A stretch of 64,000 nt of DNA from Eledone cirrhosa (GCA_964016885.1 OZ024751.1:14136001-14200000), one strand, 5' to 3'; numbered from the stretch's first letter, positions 23,671-37,150 are shown. Numbers and translations are program-made. The notes: generated by a model from the letters alone, not told the origin.

Positions 23671-23956
23671 TTTATTCAAAGTAATCCAACTTATTTTACT
23701 AACGGGATAAAAAAAATAAATAAACCGTACGCACTCCCGCAGACCTTCCTTTATTATAGTTTAGATTATTGTTGTTGTTTCTATATCTCACTTTAAAATA
23801 TTTCATAAGAAATATTTATAAATGAAAATTATACTTTTCTTAACCTCTTTCTCGCCTTTCACATGCTTTTAAAACACTCCTACCCTTCCCCCAAAAAACT
23901 GGTAAAATACTTTATGCCTATCAGCCATAAGAAATATGCTATAAAAAATGTATTAA

Positions 23957-24002
<46 letters not shown>

Positions 24003-24039
24003 TATATGTATGTATGTATGTGTGTGTGTGTGTGTGTAT

Positions 24040-24380
24040 AGTGGTAGCTATGGTGCTTCCATAGGCGGTATGCCAAAATTAGCACTCGATATTCATCAGA
24101 GTAGAGTGTAGATATTATCAAGAAAACGAAAAATCAGTGATGCATCAGGACTTAGTTTATTTCGTGTTACAAATGTTTCGCCGGCATGTAGCTCGAGTCA
24201 TGGTCCTTGTATGGATCTGGCTGATTCTACTTCTGCGGGTTCTTTCAGACACGTTTGTTATGTCCAGAGCAAATTTTATCACTCAGTGGACCATGACTCG
24301 AGCTACATGCCGGCGAAACATTTGTAACACGAAATAAACTAAGTCCAGATGCATCACTGATTTTTCGTTTTCTTGATAAT
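24040..24380 (-). mobile_element. Fold-back element: arms 24114-24206 and 24288-24380 plus tail 24040-24113
   Basis: 93-bp inverted arms; half hammerhead GAAAC ATTT GTA. Confidence 0.8.
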
Positions 24381-24423
24381 GTATGTATGTATGTATGTAT
24401 GTATGTATGTATGTATGTATGTA

Positions 24424-24459
<36 letters not shown>

Positions 24460-24461
<2 letters not shown>

Positions 24462-24790
24462 GGCGCATGGCTTAGTGGTTAGAGCATTGGGCTTGCAATC
24501 GAAAGGTTGTGAGTTCAATTCTCGGACCAGGTGATGTGTTGTTTCCTTGAGCAAGACACTTTATTTCACATTGCTCCAGTTTACTCAGCTGTAGAAATGA
24601 GATGATAGTACTGGGGTCCCTATAATTCCACTGCAAAGTGGTCATGGAGGTACCATGGCAAAAAAGCACCCAGCCCACACTGTAAAGTGAATGGGTAGGC
24701 ACCACGGCAAAAAAGCACCCAGCACTCACTGTAAATGAGGTTGGTGTTAGGAAGGCATCCAGCTGTAGAAATCAAGCCAGAATCAGTTCC
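24460..24790 (+). mobile_element. tRNA-derived SINE family B (copies 31600-31910 -, 34350-34555 -, tail-only 37665-38185 -)
   Basis: A-box TGGCTTAGTGGTTAG, B-box GAGTTCAATTC, central CCTTGAGCAAGACACTTTATTTCAC, LINE-like tail GGTGTTAGGAAGG.CATCCAGC. Confidence 0.85.
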
Positions 24791-24998
24791 CGTATGAGCA
24801 AGACAATTATCTATTAATTATCTATTATTTATAATGTTCTTTTTTTTTTTGTATTTCAGAATGAAATCAATTTGAAGAAAAGAATAAAAGAAAATTTGAA
24901 ATTTGGTTGATTTGAAGAAACGAAACGAAATAAAGAAGATTTTTTTTTTCCCTTCATAATCTCAAATCCATCTTGAAATTATTTGTTTGTATAAAATA

Positions 24999-26081
24999 AT
25001 GATGGTAGCTACAGCAACAACAAAGCAACTAACTACAAACTGTTCTAAACATCATATTGATGTCTCTTCTGGTACTGAAGTCAGTCTAAAAGTCTTTACA
25101 AATGGTGACAGTAAGATTCCAGTGATCGACAATGAGAATGACAAGATTGGAGAGAAAGAAGAAGAGTACAGTGAGAAAGTAGAAGAAAATAACCAGAGTG
25201 ATTCTGTGATGACCGATGAGGGTGAGGGTGACACAGAAACCAGCAGTATCGAGTCAAACCAAGGATCAAATGGATTGATAATTGATGAAATTAAAGTTGA
25301 CGAACATATTACAGAAAAGAAAGTTAGAAAGAAATATTATTGGTATGGTAATCATAAATTAATAAAACCTATCAAAGACATACCTCCACGATTCCAACTG
25401 ATGTTGGCTGAAACCAATGCCGAAAAAGCACGATGTGAAGGACGACCCATCATTCTACAACATGTCGACCACAACCGAAATGATATGACTGCTGCTTCGA
25501 CTTCTTTTAATCCGGATGCCCAGTGTTTTATTCCGAATCAAATATTCGACAAGAATGACACTAACATTAAAGACATGGCATTAACCTTGGCAAATGGTGT
25601 CAACAACAATTGCAACAGTGATAGTAGCAGTTGTAGTAGCACTAGTAGCAGTGGTAGTAGTATTAGTATTACTAACAATAATAGTAGTGTCAGTAATGGT
25701 ATAGTATGTAACAGGGTTGGATGTAGTAGCGTTATCAGTGGTACAAACCCTGAAATGTTACCACCTCCTGTCAATGGAGCAAATGTATCTTTCACACCTG
25801 GCCCTGTATATACAATACACATTTATAACTCACCCAACACTCCAGTAGCCAATGCAAACGTTACTTCAACTGCTCCTCCTTGCTGCATGCATGCCTCTAA
25901 CTCCTGTGCTAACATGTACCCTTCACCAAACAACCAACAACCACTACAAGCACCAGTCTACTACACTTCACAGCCATATTCACAGCCTACTTATGCAACT
26001 AATGGTCAGTCATTCCAGTACACACCCTGTATTTCTTATGGCCAAAATCATCAATACCAATTACCACCAATGCCTCAATAG
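24999..26081 (+). CDS. Probable host gene, single coding exon, ~360 aa low-complexity protein with PAM2-like and DIPPRF motifs
   Basis: Long non-repetitive ORF. Splice acceptor T(n)GTATTTCAG ends at 24859 and AATAAA follows the stop. Conserved-looking block KKYYWYGNHKLIKPIKDIPPRFQLMLAE and SFNPDAQCFIP. Confidence 0.75.
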   Translation: MMVATATTKQLTTNCSKHHIDVSSGTEVSLKVFTNGDSKIPVIDNENDKIGEKEEEYSEKVEENNQSDSVMTDEGEGDTETSSIESNQGSNGLIIDEIKVDEHITEKKVRKKYYWYGNHKLIKPIKDIPPRFQLMLAETNAEKARCEGRPIILQHVDHNRNDMTAASTSFNPDAQCFIPNQIFDKNDTNIKDMALTLANGVNNNCNSDSSSCSSTSSSGSSISITNNNSSVSNGIVCNRVGCSSVISGTNPEMLPPPVNGANVSFTPGPVYTIHIYNSPNTPVANANVTSTAPPCCMHASNSCANMYPSPNNQQPLQAPVYYTSQPYSQPTYATNGQSFQYTPCISYGQNHQYQLPPMPQ

Positions 26082-26309
26082 AATACAATAAAACATCGCC
26101 AGTTTTTCACTTTGTAGAGAACAACTGAAGATTTGAGCCACAGAAAATATGAAAAGTTTGTGTTCCGGACAATTACACCAGAGTGACCGACTGATCTCAA
26201 CAGTATTTATACTAGGAACAATTTATTGTTGACACTGACCACAGCTATATCGATACTATACACTTTAACTAACAGACTCTAATTGATATTATATATACTG
26301 ACAAACTGA

Positions 26310-27722
26310 CTGGATGATATGACATATGATACTGGGTGATATGGCATATGATACCAGGTGATATGGCATATGATACTGGGTGATATGACATATGATACTG
26401 GGTGATATGACATGATACCGAGTGATATGACATGATACTGGGTGATATGACATATGATACTGGGTGATATGGCATATGATACCGGGTGATATGGCATATG
26501 ATACTGGGTGATATGACATATGATACTGGGTGATATGACATATGATACTGGGTGATATGACATGATACCGAGTGATATGACATGATACTGGGTGATATGA
26601 CATGATACTGGGTGATATGACATATGATACTGGGTGATATGGCATACGATACCGGGTGATATGGCATATGATACTGGGTGATATGACATATGATACTGGG
26701 TGATATGACATGATACCGAGTGATATGACATGATACTGGGTGATATGACATGATACTGGATGATATGACATGATACTGGATGATATGACATGATACTGGA
26801 TGATATGACATGATACTGGGTGATATGACATATGATACTGGGTGATATGACATATGATACTCGGTGATATGACATATGATACTCGGTGATATGACATATG
26901 ATACTCGGTGATATGACATATGATACTCGGTGATATGACATATGATACTCGGTGATATGACATGATACTCGGTGATATGACATATGATACTCGGTGATAT
27001 GACATATGATACCGGGTGATATGACATATGATACTGGGTGATATGACATATGATACTGGGTGATATGACATATGATACTGGGTGATATGATATATGATAC
27101 TGGGTGATATGACATATGATACTGGGTGATATGACATATGATACTCGGTGATATGACATATGATACTCGGCGATATGACATATGATACTGGGTGATATGA
27201 CATATGATACTCGGTGATATGACATATGATACTCGGTGATATGACATATGATACCGGGTGATATGACATATGATACTGGGTGATATGACATATGATACTC
27301 AGTGATATGACATATGATACTCACTGATATGACATATGATACTGGGTGATATGACATGATACTCGGTGATATGACATATGATACTCGGTGATATGACATA
27401 TGATACTCGGTGATATGACATATGATACTCGGTGATATGACATATGATACTCGGTGATATGACATATGATACTCGGTAATATGACATATGATACTCAGTG
27501 ATATGACATATGATACTCGGTGATATGACATGATACTCGGTGATATGACATATGATACTCGGTGATATGACATATGATACTCGGTGATATGACATATGAT
27601 ACTTGGTGATATGACATATGATACTTGGTGATATGACATATGATACTCGGTGATATGACATATGATACTCGGTAATATGACATATGATACTCAGTGATAT
27701 GACATATGATACTCGGTGATAT
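26310..27722. repeat. 20/22-bp minisatellite (GATATGACA[TA]TGATACT[G/C]GGT)n
   Basis: Seen directly, ~1.4 kb. Confidence 0.97.
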
Positions 27723-27849
27723 GGAAAATATGACTATATCAAAGAAATGACATCAGAAATATCTACACAAACACTTTTCTACAGAGCAATGAACATTACT
27801 AACTGAACAAAAAAAAAATATTGTTTTAATAGATTTATGAAACATTGAA

Positions 27850-28300
27850 AGGGTTGATCAAATAAAGTACCAGTTACATACTGGTGTTGATTTATTCAAC
27901 TGTGCCTGTTCCCCAAATTTTTTGACCTTCTGCCTAAATTAGAAATCAATATTTTATGGCCCTTTGCATTCTGAGTTCAAATCCCACTGAGGTCAACTTT
28001 GCCTTTTATCCTTCCGAAATCGATAAAATAAAGTACCAGTAATGCACTGGCATTGATTTATTCAACTGTGCCTGTTCCCCGAATTTGTTGACATTCTGCC
28101 TAAATTAGAAATCAATATTTGAATGTATTTAGGGTGGTGGACTGGCAGAATGGGTAGAGTGTCAGATAAAATGTCATTGTGGTATTTAGTTATGTCCCTT
28201 TACATTCTGAGTTCAAATACTGCTGAGGTCAACTTTGCCTTTCACCCATTCAAGGTCGATAAAATAAAGTACCAGTCAAGTAGTGGGGTTGATTTAACTC
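27850..28300 (+). mobile_element. Cluster of family A SINE fragments
   Basis: Three AATAAAGTACCAG cores and two GAGTTCAAAT B-boxes. Confidence 0.75.
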
Positions 28301-28977
28301 TTTATCATTTACATTACTTTATATTTACTATTATATCTTCACGGTAAAGGCTTTACCTCACATATCTCATGTAATATTGAATCTATGAGATTTTGATATT
28401 ATTTATTTTGAGAACAATACCTTAACATCAGTATGAGTGGCCAGTTACAGCCGGTTTGAACAGAAAGAAGTGAGAAAATTCTGGCCAGATACGGTCAGTT
28501 TAAATGCTAAAGGGTTAATCAACTTTAACCCTTACCCCCACCCACCACTAAATTTGCTGACCTTGTGACTAAATTTGAAATCAATATATTTATGAAATGT
28601 ACTGATATGATACAGTCACTGATCTTGATATATCTATATCAATATCAACTCAGGTGATAGATATAACATGAAACATCATACAGATGTCAATTAGGTAAAG
28701 AGATATATCTCATATTTCTGATATCCTGATATTGAAATCTTTTATTTAAAAAAAAAAAAGAAGTCTTATTGAAAGATATACCATAGTATATAGTTGAAGG
28801 TGGGGTGGGGTGGGGTATTGTGTTCTATTTACAGCTGTATACAATATCATACAGATCTATAGTTGATCTGATATCACCTAATTTCATATTGATATTAATA
28901 AATTTAATTTTTCTTGTGTGTGCATGTATGTATGTGTGACTATGTGTGTGTGTGCAAATATATATATATATATATAG

Positions 28978-31498
28978 AATGTTTAAGTATCGAGAGAGAG
29001 AAAAAAGGAAAGATAAGCGATACATATATTTAGTTGCCAATAGGTTGTGCAAATGTGCTCAATACTTGTGCCTACATGGTTAAATATTAGAAGCGTTAAT
29101 ATTTAGTGGGCGAGAAAATAAGCAGAGCGATTATAAAAGAAATGAATACGAAGGAGTATAAACCGTTAAAACATGTTTATATAACAATGCACCTATGTAC
29201 GTTTCACCCAGAATGGGCTTATCAAGGGCATGGAAAACAAAAAATGATCAATACGCGACCTAGGAGGGGTTTTAAGGTTAAATTCACATCAGAGTTCATC
29301 CTTCGCTTAAGTACATTTGTTGTTATTACCGCAGAACAGGGGGAGTAACTCTGGCCGGTGCTCGAATAATCTTGTCCCACCGTCTTTTTTACCCATTCAC
29401 ATGATGGTGTTTTGCGTTATTATTTTATGGGAGCTGGTTTACTAATGCCGGTTCGAGCCAGGTCTGGGATGTTTGTTTACACCGCCTGCCCACCGGAGTG
29501 TTATGGTTTGGGCAGGGGGACCCAGTTTATAGTTTTCATGCCGCAGTCGCTTCCCACTTGAAGTAAGATGCTTGCATTCGGTGCCTACAGTTTATGACTG
29601 ATTCGGCTCTGCTGTTTATGAGCTCGTGGGGTGTTCTTATGATGTAGTAAAGCTCCATGAGGCAAAGCTGGCACTTCCTCTTGAAATTGTAGTGTGCAGC
29701 CCTACCGACAATATCCCAGTGTGTGGAGAAGCTGATGTTGGCGTCTTTTAATGTAGTGACGTGGAGTGCCTTAGTTTTTTGTTCCTGAAAGAGTGGAGAT
29801 GTGTTCTAAATCTCGTTTTGAACTGACCAGAGGTGGCCACTATATAGTGTTTAACTCCATTATGGCTAGTTATGGTGCACCTATAAATAACCTTATCAGT
29901 CAGGCAGTTTCCCCTGAGAGGGCAGCCTCCCTGTCACGACAGTTGCATTTTCGGTCACAGCCGCTCCTAGTTCCTGAAGTAAAGCTATTACTATTGCTAC
30001 CTATGTTGTTATGTATGTCTCTATCTCGGTCATTGGTACTGTTATATCTTGAGGTGTGCGGTGTAGTACCATTATCCCTCCGCACGCCGCAGCCCATTCC
30101 ATTGCCGGTGGGTCACCAGTATATTCATCAGTCTCGCCTTGGTCGCGTTGGTTTCGTCTGCTGGGGCTGCCACCAACACTATTGGGTGCTGTTAGGGTGA
30201 CGTTAAGGCTATTAGTGTTGTTGTCGGGTCTAGATGTATCTGTGCTAAAGTGCCGTGTTTGGTGATCTTATTGTGATTAGTTGCTTCTATGACGTCTGCT
30301 AGATTGGGGGTGGTAGAGAAGGATATTTTGATATTGTTCCTATTAAGTATTTTCCTGTATTTATGATTAGGTGGGAAATTCTTCTCTAAAGCTTCGAAGA
30401 ATATTCTCGGGAGGTCGGAGGTAGAACCATAGGACCTTACGGTGGCGTTTCCGCTTTACCATGGGTTTGCTACAGGTTGTGCGTCCTAGTTGACTGTACT
30501 TATGGTTGTTACTGTGTCATAGCCAGTTATGCGTCCCCTTCGCGTTATGTTCAGGTGGCCACGCCTTCCTTCTGTAATTTTTATGTGTGGCTAGAGGTGG
30601 GTTGGAGGGCATTGGTATAGGCCACTGCTGTTGCTAATCTTATAGTTAGGGAATAATTCTAATAGGCTACAACGGGTGGCGTTACCAAACAGGTGACTCT
30701 TAATGTGCTGTAGGTTATCTTGGTCGCCACTCATGTAATTAACGGTGCGGCCAAGTTCCTTAGTGTGGTTCTCTATACTATAGTTCTTGACACTGTCCTG
30801 GCCGCTGCGTACTCGGTTATAGGTATGGCTTACTATAACATTAGTCCTATGATGGGGGTGGTTTCTAGAGCTAGCGTTAAGGAGGTAAAAGATTCTCTGG
30901 TTAAATCCGGCATTTAGTAAAATCTTATGGTAGTATTCGGCCGTTTGGTTGAAGATATCCTCGTTGGCGGAGAGCTTCGAGATCCTATGGGATATGCTAT
31001 ATACTATGGAGTTGAGTAGACTTTGCGTGGTTAGATGCATAAAATAATTGTTTCTACTTTTGGCACGAGGCCAGCAATTACCCAGTGTATTACTGGTACT
31101 TTATTTTATCGACCCCGTAAGGATGAAAGGCAAAGTTAACCTCGGCGGGATTTGAACTCAGAATGGCAAGGGCCGTAACTTAATGCGTGAAAGCATGGCG
31201 TCCGACCCTCTACCGATAAAATAATAACGCAAAACACCATCATGTGAATGGGTAAAAAAGCCAGTGAGACAAGATTATTCGAGCACCGGCCAGAGTTACT
31301 CCCACTGCTCTGCGGTAATAACTTGTTAAGCGAAGAATGAACTCTGATGTGAATTTAACCTTAAAACCCCTCCTGGGTCGCGTATTGATAATTTTGTTTG
31401 TTTTCCATGCCCTTGATAAGCCCATTCTGGGTGAAACGTACATAGGTTAATTGTTATATAAACATGTTTTAACAGTATATACTCCTTCGTATTCATTT

Positions 31499-31501
<3 letters not shown>
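28978..31501 (-). mobile_element. Degenerate Penelope-like element with inverted pLTRs (29137-29428 and 31216-31501)
   Basis: Minus strand RT-thumb remnant SISHRISKLSANEDIF..LLNAGF and GIY-YIG remnant CNCR..VIYRC..HYI..FKTRFRTH..SF..CQLCLME..CRH. ~290-bp inverted repeats contain the variant hammerhead TTGATAA GCCC ATTCT GGGT GAAAC GTAC ATA. Confidence 0.85.
31045..31216 (-). mobile_element. Family A SINE at the PLE body/inverted-pLTR junction
   Basis: Matches the 23487 copy and lacks the first ~10 nt. Confidence 0.85.
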
Positions 31502-31532
<31 letters not shown>

Positions 31533-31549
31533 AATGTGTTTATGCGTGC

Positions 31550-31599
<50 letters not shown>

Positions 31600-32136
31600 T
31601 CATCATCATTTTACATCCACTTTTCCCTGCTTGCAAGGGTGGGACGGGAACTGATTCTGGCTTGATTTCTACATCTGGATGCCCTTCCTAACACCAACCT
31701 CATTTACAGTGAGTACTGGGTGCTTTTTTGCCGTGGCACCTCCACGACCACTTTGTGGTCCCTATCATCTCATTTCTACAGCTGAGTAAACTGGAGCAAT
31801 GTGAAATAAAGTGTCTTGCTCAAGGAAACAACACATCACCCGGTCTGAGAATTGAACTCACAACCTTTCGATTGCAAGGCCAATGCCCTAACCACTAAGC
31901 CATGTGTCTCCATATATATATATATTTGAAAAAAGGAAAAGAATTATTTCACTTGTAGTTCTAAACAATTTAATTTTATTATATTACTAGCAGACTGGTC
32001 CGGTGTTGCTTGAGATTTGCTCTAGGGTTCTTTTATATTTGATATATATTTATCCTTATCGAGCCTCGTGAAATAAATACATTTGTTTACATTTTGTTAT
32101 TGTGTATGCAAAAATATCTGTACACGAATATATAAT

Positions 32137-32178
<42 letters not shown>

Positions 32179-32181
<3 letters not shown>

Positions 32182-32635
32182 GTTATATAGTAAGGTGCAA
32201 TATTGGTTGTGTAATATTGGTTGTCCAATAACTTAATGTTAGCAATATTAAGTTCTCAACGCTTTTGCATATCTCCAATTCCATTCGAGGGAACAGCTAG
32301 ATGATGTAAAACGGAGTATAAGTATCAAAATGAAAATCCGAAGGCAAGGTAAAATTCCAATCATTTAATCACGACACATGTTTCAATAAGAGATAGATCG
32401 ATTGTGAAGCCACGATCGATTATCACTGATCTCATCAGGTGAAAATGAATTGTCTTCAAATTCTTGATATGAGGGAGAAAAAAAAAATAACGATGTTACC
32501 TCACATAATTCATTTTCACCTGATGAGTTCAGTGATAATCGATCGTGGCTTCACAATCGATCTATCTCTTATTGAAACATGTGTCGTGATTAAATGATTG
32601 GAATTTTACCTTGCCTTCGGATTTTCATTTTGATA
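32179..32635 (-). mobile_element. Fold-back element: arms 32323-32451 and 32507-32635 plus tail
   Basis: 129-bp near-perfect inverted arms, flanked by TA. Confidence 0.85.
32516..32589 (+). ncRNA. Type I hammerhead ribozyme with canonical GUC site (mirror ~32369-32442 on -)
   Basis: TCAC CTGATGA ..long stem II (GATAATCGAT/ATCGATCTATC).. GAAAC ATGT GTC GTGA. Confidence 0.8.
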
Positions 32636-32719
32636 TATATATATATATATATTAAAATAACAGATTAAAGTTTAAGCAAAGAATCGCTGCTTTCACTCTT
32701 AACAGGATCTTCAGAAACC

Positions 32720-33301
32720 TGGATCAGCCAGGATTGTGCAATGGAACATGTATGGTTGTGACTGAACTACAGCCTGACATTATCAAAGCCAAAATCTTCA
32801 TTGGATATGGTAAGGGAAACATCGTAGTTACACCCCCCAGAATACCGCTAATACCAACAGATGTCCCCTTTTTGTTTCAAATTATTGCAATTCCCAGTGA
32901 GAGTCAGTTACACAATGACCATTAACAAGTCCCAAGATCAAACACTGAAGGTTGCCGGTCTCCATCTAGAAGATAGCTGTTTCACACATGGTCAATAGTA
33001 TACAGGTTATTCCAAACTAGAAAGACTCCACAAATTCTTTATATGCTCCAAAGAAAAAACTTTAAAACATTGTATATACTGAATTTCTGTAAATGTTTTA
33101 TAATTTTCTTAGAATACATTTTTCTATTATTTTCTTTATTACTTTATGTATTTAGATATTCTAAATAAATTATGAAAATTATGTTATGCAATATTTAAAT
33201 ACCTTTTAACATCTTTTATTTAAAGGGAAATGGGCATTGCAACATGCCAATAGGTGCCTTATGAATAGATTTGAGCAGAGTGCAGACCAGGAGGCCTCTA
33301 G
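32720..33301 (+). pseudogene. Helitron RepHel PIF1-helicase C-terminal fragment with 3' CTAG end
   Basis: LCNGT..RIPLIPTDVPF, then after frameshifts LQFPVR..MTINKSQ.QTLKVAGLHL..FTHGQ; ends ...CTCTAG|T. Confidence 0.85.
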
Positions 33302-33519
33302 TATATATATATATATGAGAAAAAAGTCAGGACCCCGACAGCTGAGCTCCGGCCATTTCGACAGGTAGATCCAAACTAACTGTCGGATCTAGCTGTCGAT
33401 ATGGTCAGAGCTCAGCTGGCGGGGTCCTGACTCTTTTCCTATTACCCACTCTACTACCCTAAGTATCGAGTACTCTGGTGCGTTATGGACCACCTGGTAT
33501 CTTACCACACCCTCTTTGT

Positions 33520-33570
<51 letters not shown>

Positions 33571-34796
33571 ATGTATGTGTATGTGGGAGTGTATTTTATC
33601 TTGACATTAGTAACATGAGGTAAGACAAGATTTTTGACAAAGAAAGGGGAGTTATTATAGACAGGAATACAGGAATACTTCTGCTAACAACAATAAATCA
33701 CATACCAGTAATACATGAAGGGTTAAGCTATTTAACTACATTCCTTCACCAATTCCCCCCACTGACAAAAAAAGGGTGGCAAGAGATCCCAGAGATAAAA
33801 AGATGCACTATTATGTTGTATTCCTTAACTTTTACAGTTGAAATCACAGTTCAAATTTACTTTTTGTCCCTCTGAAGTTGATAAGATATATACCAGTTAT
33901 GTATGTGTGGTCCCGTAACTCTGGAAGAGTCATAAGGGCACTGTATTGGCATATGGCGTTTCTAGGGCATTTAAACATTTTTTAAACCTGGCAGAGCCTG
34001 TCTCCTCTCCAGGTCTGAATACAGCAGATTTCTTCCAGAAAAGGATAGAGGGAATAAGAGAATGGAAATGAGAAAGAGATATAAAGGAAGAGTACTCTAG
34101 TACTAGACAGGTACTTTTTTTATCGACCTAGAATGGATGAAAGGCAAAGTTGACCTCGGCAGGATTTGAACTAAGAGAACAGAGAGCTGAAACAAATACC
34201 ACAAAGCATTCTATCCAATGTTTTAATGATTCTGCCAATTTGCCGCCTTGGACTCTCGCTCTGATCAATCGACAAAATCCCAGACCTCATTCGCTTGCCA
34301 AGTGAGGTGGGCCTCAGACCAAGAAAACAATGTTTCCATTGGTCTTTCCATTCATCATCATCATCTTCGTTTAATGTCCATCTTCCACGCTAGCATGATT
34401 GCTGATACTATCTACCGGTCGCAACCTCTGGCAGAAGGAGCAACGTGAAATAAAGGGTCTTGCTCAAGGACACAATGCATCACCCAGTACGAGAATTGAA
34501 TTCACAACCTCACAATTTCGAATTTAACTCTCTAACCACTAAGCCACGTACCTTCACCCCTGGGATTTATTCATTCATCCATGCCCCACCCATATATATC
34601 CTTGGCTTTAAAGAATCATAGCTCAAATTTCATTATTCAAGGGTCAATACAATAAAAGAAAATACCAGTGATATACTGAGGACAATTTAAGCAACTACCC
34701 TCTATCTTTCAAATTTCTGGCCTTGATGAGAAAGTCTAATATATCAGATATACTACATTATGAGTTATACTACAATTATGCGTTATTATTGATATA

Positions 34797-35010
34797 TCGG
34801 TGGATTGGCAGTATCGGTAGAGGGTCTGACGCCATGCTTTGACGCATAGAGTTACGGCCCTTTATGGTCTGAGTTTAAATCCCGCCAAGGTTAACTTTGC
34901 CTTTCATCCTTACGGGGTCGATAAAATAAAGTACCAGTCATGTACTGGGGTTGATTTAGTCAACTTTCCCCTCCCCCAAAATTGCTGGCCTTCAGCCTAT
35001 ATAAGAAGCC
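34797..35010 (+). mobile_element. tRNA-derived SINE family A
   Basis: Same head and core as 23487. Another diverged copy lies at 39070-39245. Confidence 0.85.
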
Positions 35011-35149
35011 ATTGTTATATCAAATGATATCTAGTATATCGGGACAGTGTACAAATTATTATCTCATATATCACAAGTGTGTGATATCCTGTAATATATT
35101 ACAATACCAACTGCTATCTCATGTTATACTCTATAATATATTTCAATTT

Positions 35150-35730
35150 TAATATCAACTGTTATCGCATATATTACAATTGTAATATCATGTTTTATCC
35201 CATGTGTTACTATAGTACTATCAAATCTTACCCCATGTGTCACCATAGCAATATCAAATTTTATCCTATATGTTACCATAGTAATATCAAGTCATATCCC
35301 ATGTGTTACTAAAGTAATATCAAGTCTTATCTCATATATTACTATAGTAATATCAAGTTATATCCCATGTATTACTATAGTAATATCAAGTCTTATCCCA
35401 AATGTTACCATAGTAATATTAAGTCATATCTCATATGTTACTATAGTAATATCATGTCATATCTCATATGTTACGACAGTAATATCAAGTCATATCCCAT
35501 ATATTACTATAATAATATCAAGTCTTATCCCATGCTTTACTATAATAATATCACATCTTATCCCATGCATTACCATAGTAATATCAGGTCTTATCCCATG
35601 CATTACCATAGTTATCTCAAGTCTTATCCCATGTGTTGCAATAGTAATATCAAGTCTTATCACATGCATTGCCATAGTAATATCAAGTCTTATCCCATGC
35701 ATTACCATAGTGATATCAAATCTTATCTAT
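35150..35730. repeat. Degenerate 33-bp minisatellite
   Basis: Unit ~agtaatatcaagtcttatcccatgtgttaccat. Confidence 0.85.
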
Positions 35731-36054
35731 AATGCAATAAATGTTACAATAAAAACATACCAGTCTTATCTAATATATTGCAATTATCATATTAAGTGTT
35801 ATTCTGTATAATATCATATTCTATTGCTATTATTATGTGTAATATCACATACATTGGAATTGTCATATCAAATGTTATTTCATACATAATGTAATTATAC
35901 ATATCAAGACTCAATCCATCTCATACATTATTATCATATTATATATACTATATTATATAGTATATTAGATATTATATACTATATATGCTACGGTTCTTAT
36001 ATATTTTTCCTTATCGAGCCCTCTTTGGATTTTAGTCTTCAAATTTATTATTAT

Positions 36055-36125
<71 letters not shown>

Positions 36126-36594
36126 GACATACTATATTCTATTGATATATATTTATTGTATTATATGATACATGATATGTGATATGTGTGTGTGTGTATT
36201 ATATGATATATGATATGTGTGTGCGTGTAAAAGTAATAACAAAAATAAAGTTTTTTAAAGTATTATATATACTATATTATAATAATAATAATCTCCATCA
36301 TCATAATGTCAATGTTAAATCTGCCATGCTAACAACAACTCATCTCCAACCGACCCTTTAAGACCTTCACAGGGATACTCCCATGATAAAGGATTTTAAA
36401 ACCTGAAAATATTTGGGATGATTAAATTTTCTAAGGTAAAATTCTATCCTTATCTTGGCACCTTTAATTTTCTAAAGCATTGTATTGTATGGCTTTAGAA
36501 TTATTTAAAGTTATAATAACCTTAAAATATAATAACAACTCAAGTGTTAACATATGTATTAAAAGTGTTATATACATTTTCATCATATATATGA

Positions 36595-37150
36595 CTAGCA
36601 GTGGTACCCGGCGTTGCACGGGATAAGGTATTTTGGAACGCGGGCGGTCAACAGACCTAATCGTGGAAAAACTGCCTGCCTGGACAATATGTGGAGAAAA
36701 TAAACCGAATACTCTGATGGCTGGATAATCTTTAGGATTTTCCTCGATGAAGCAGGAAAAATGCAGGTTTTCACCTAATGCGGGCCCTAGGGAATCAAGA
36801 AAATGAATTTTTTTTATGTGCATAATATGCCTTGAAATTTCGGGAAAATCGGCTAGGCGTAACGCCTCAAAAAAGCCCTAAAAAGCTGAAAAAATGAAGT
36901 TTTTCACCTAATGCGGGCTCTAGGCCATAAAAAGGTTGGATTTTCTTTGCTCACGATATGAAGAAGAGACTGACTAATACATAATTACAATTTCAAGGAA
37001 ATCGGTCTGACGTAACGCCTCTAAAAAACCCTAAAAAGCTGAAAAAACGCAGTTTTTCACCTAATGCGTTTTTCACCTAGGGGATCAAAAAGTTGAATTT
37101 CTTTTAGGGATTCACACACACACACACACACACAGTTTTATAGATATAGA
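36595..37150 (-). mobile_element. Non-autonomous Helitron-like element (longer copy 61923-62830)
   Basis: + strand begins CTAGCAGTGGTACCCGGCGTTGCACGGG (3' CTAG plus hairpin) and ends (CA)n GTTTTATAGATATAGA. Internal repeats of ttttcacctaatgcgggcccta. Confidence 0.75.

Noticed and set aside
23487-24530. tRNA gene candidates with A/B boxes
   Set aside because: No complete cloverleaf was seen; they continue into multi-copy SINE bodies.
26269-27683. Minus-strand ORFs in all three frames
   Set aside because: They come from a 20/22-bp minisatellite whose unit is not a multiple of three.
35121-35732. Repetitive SNIKSYPMHYH peptide ORFs
   Set aside because: A degenerate 33-bp minisatellite with in-frame stops and no splice or expression evidence.
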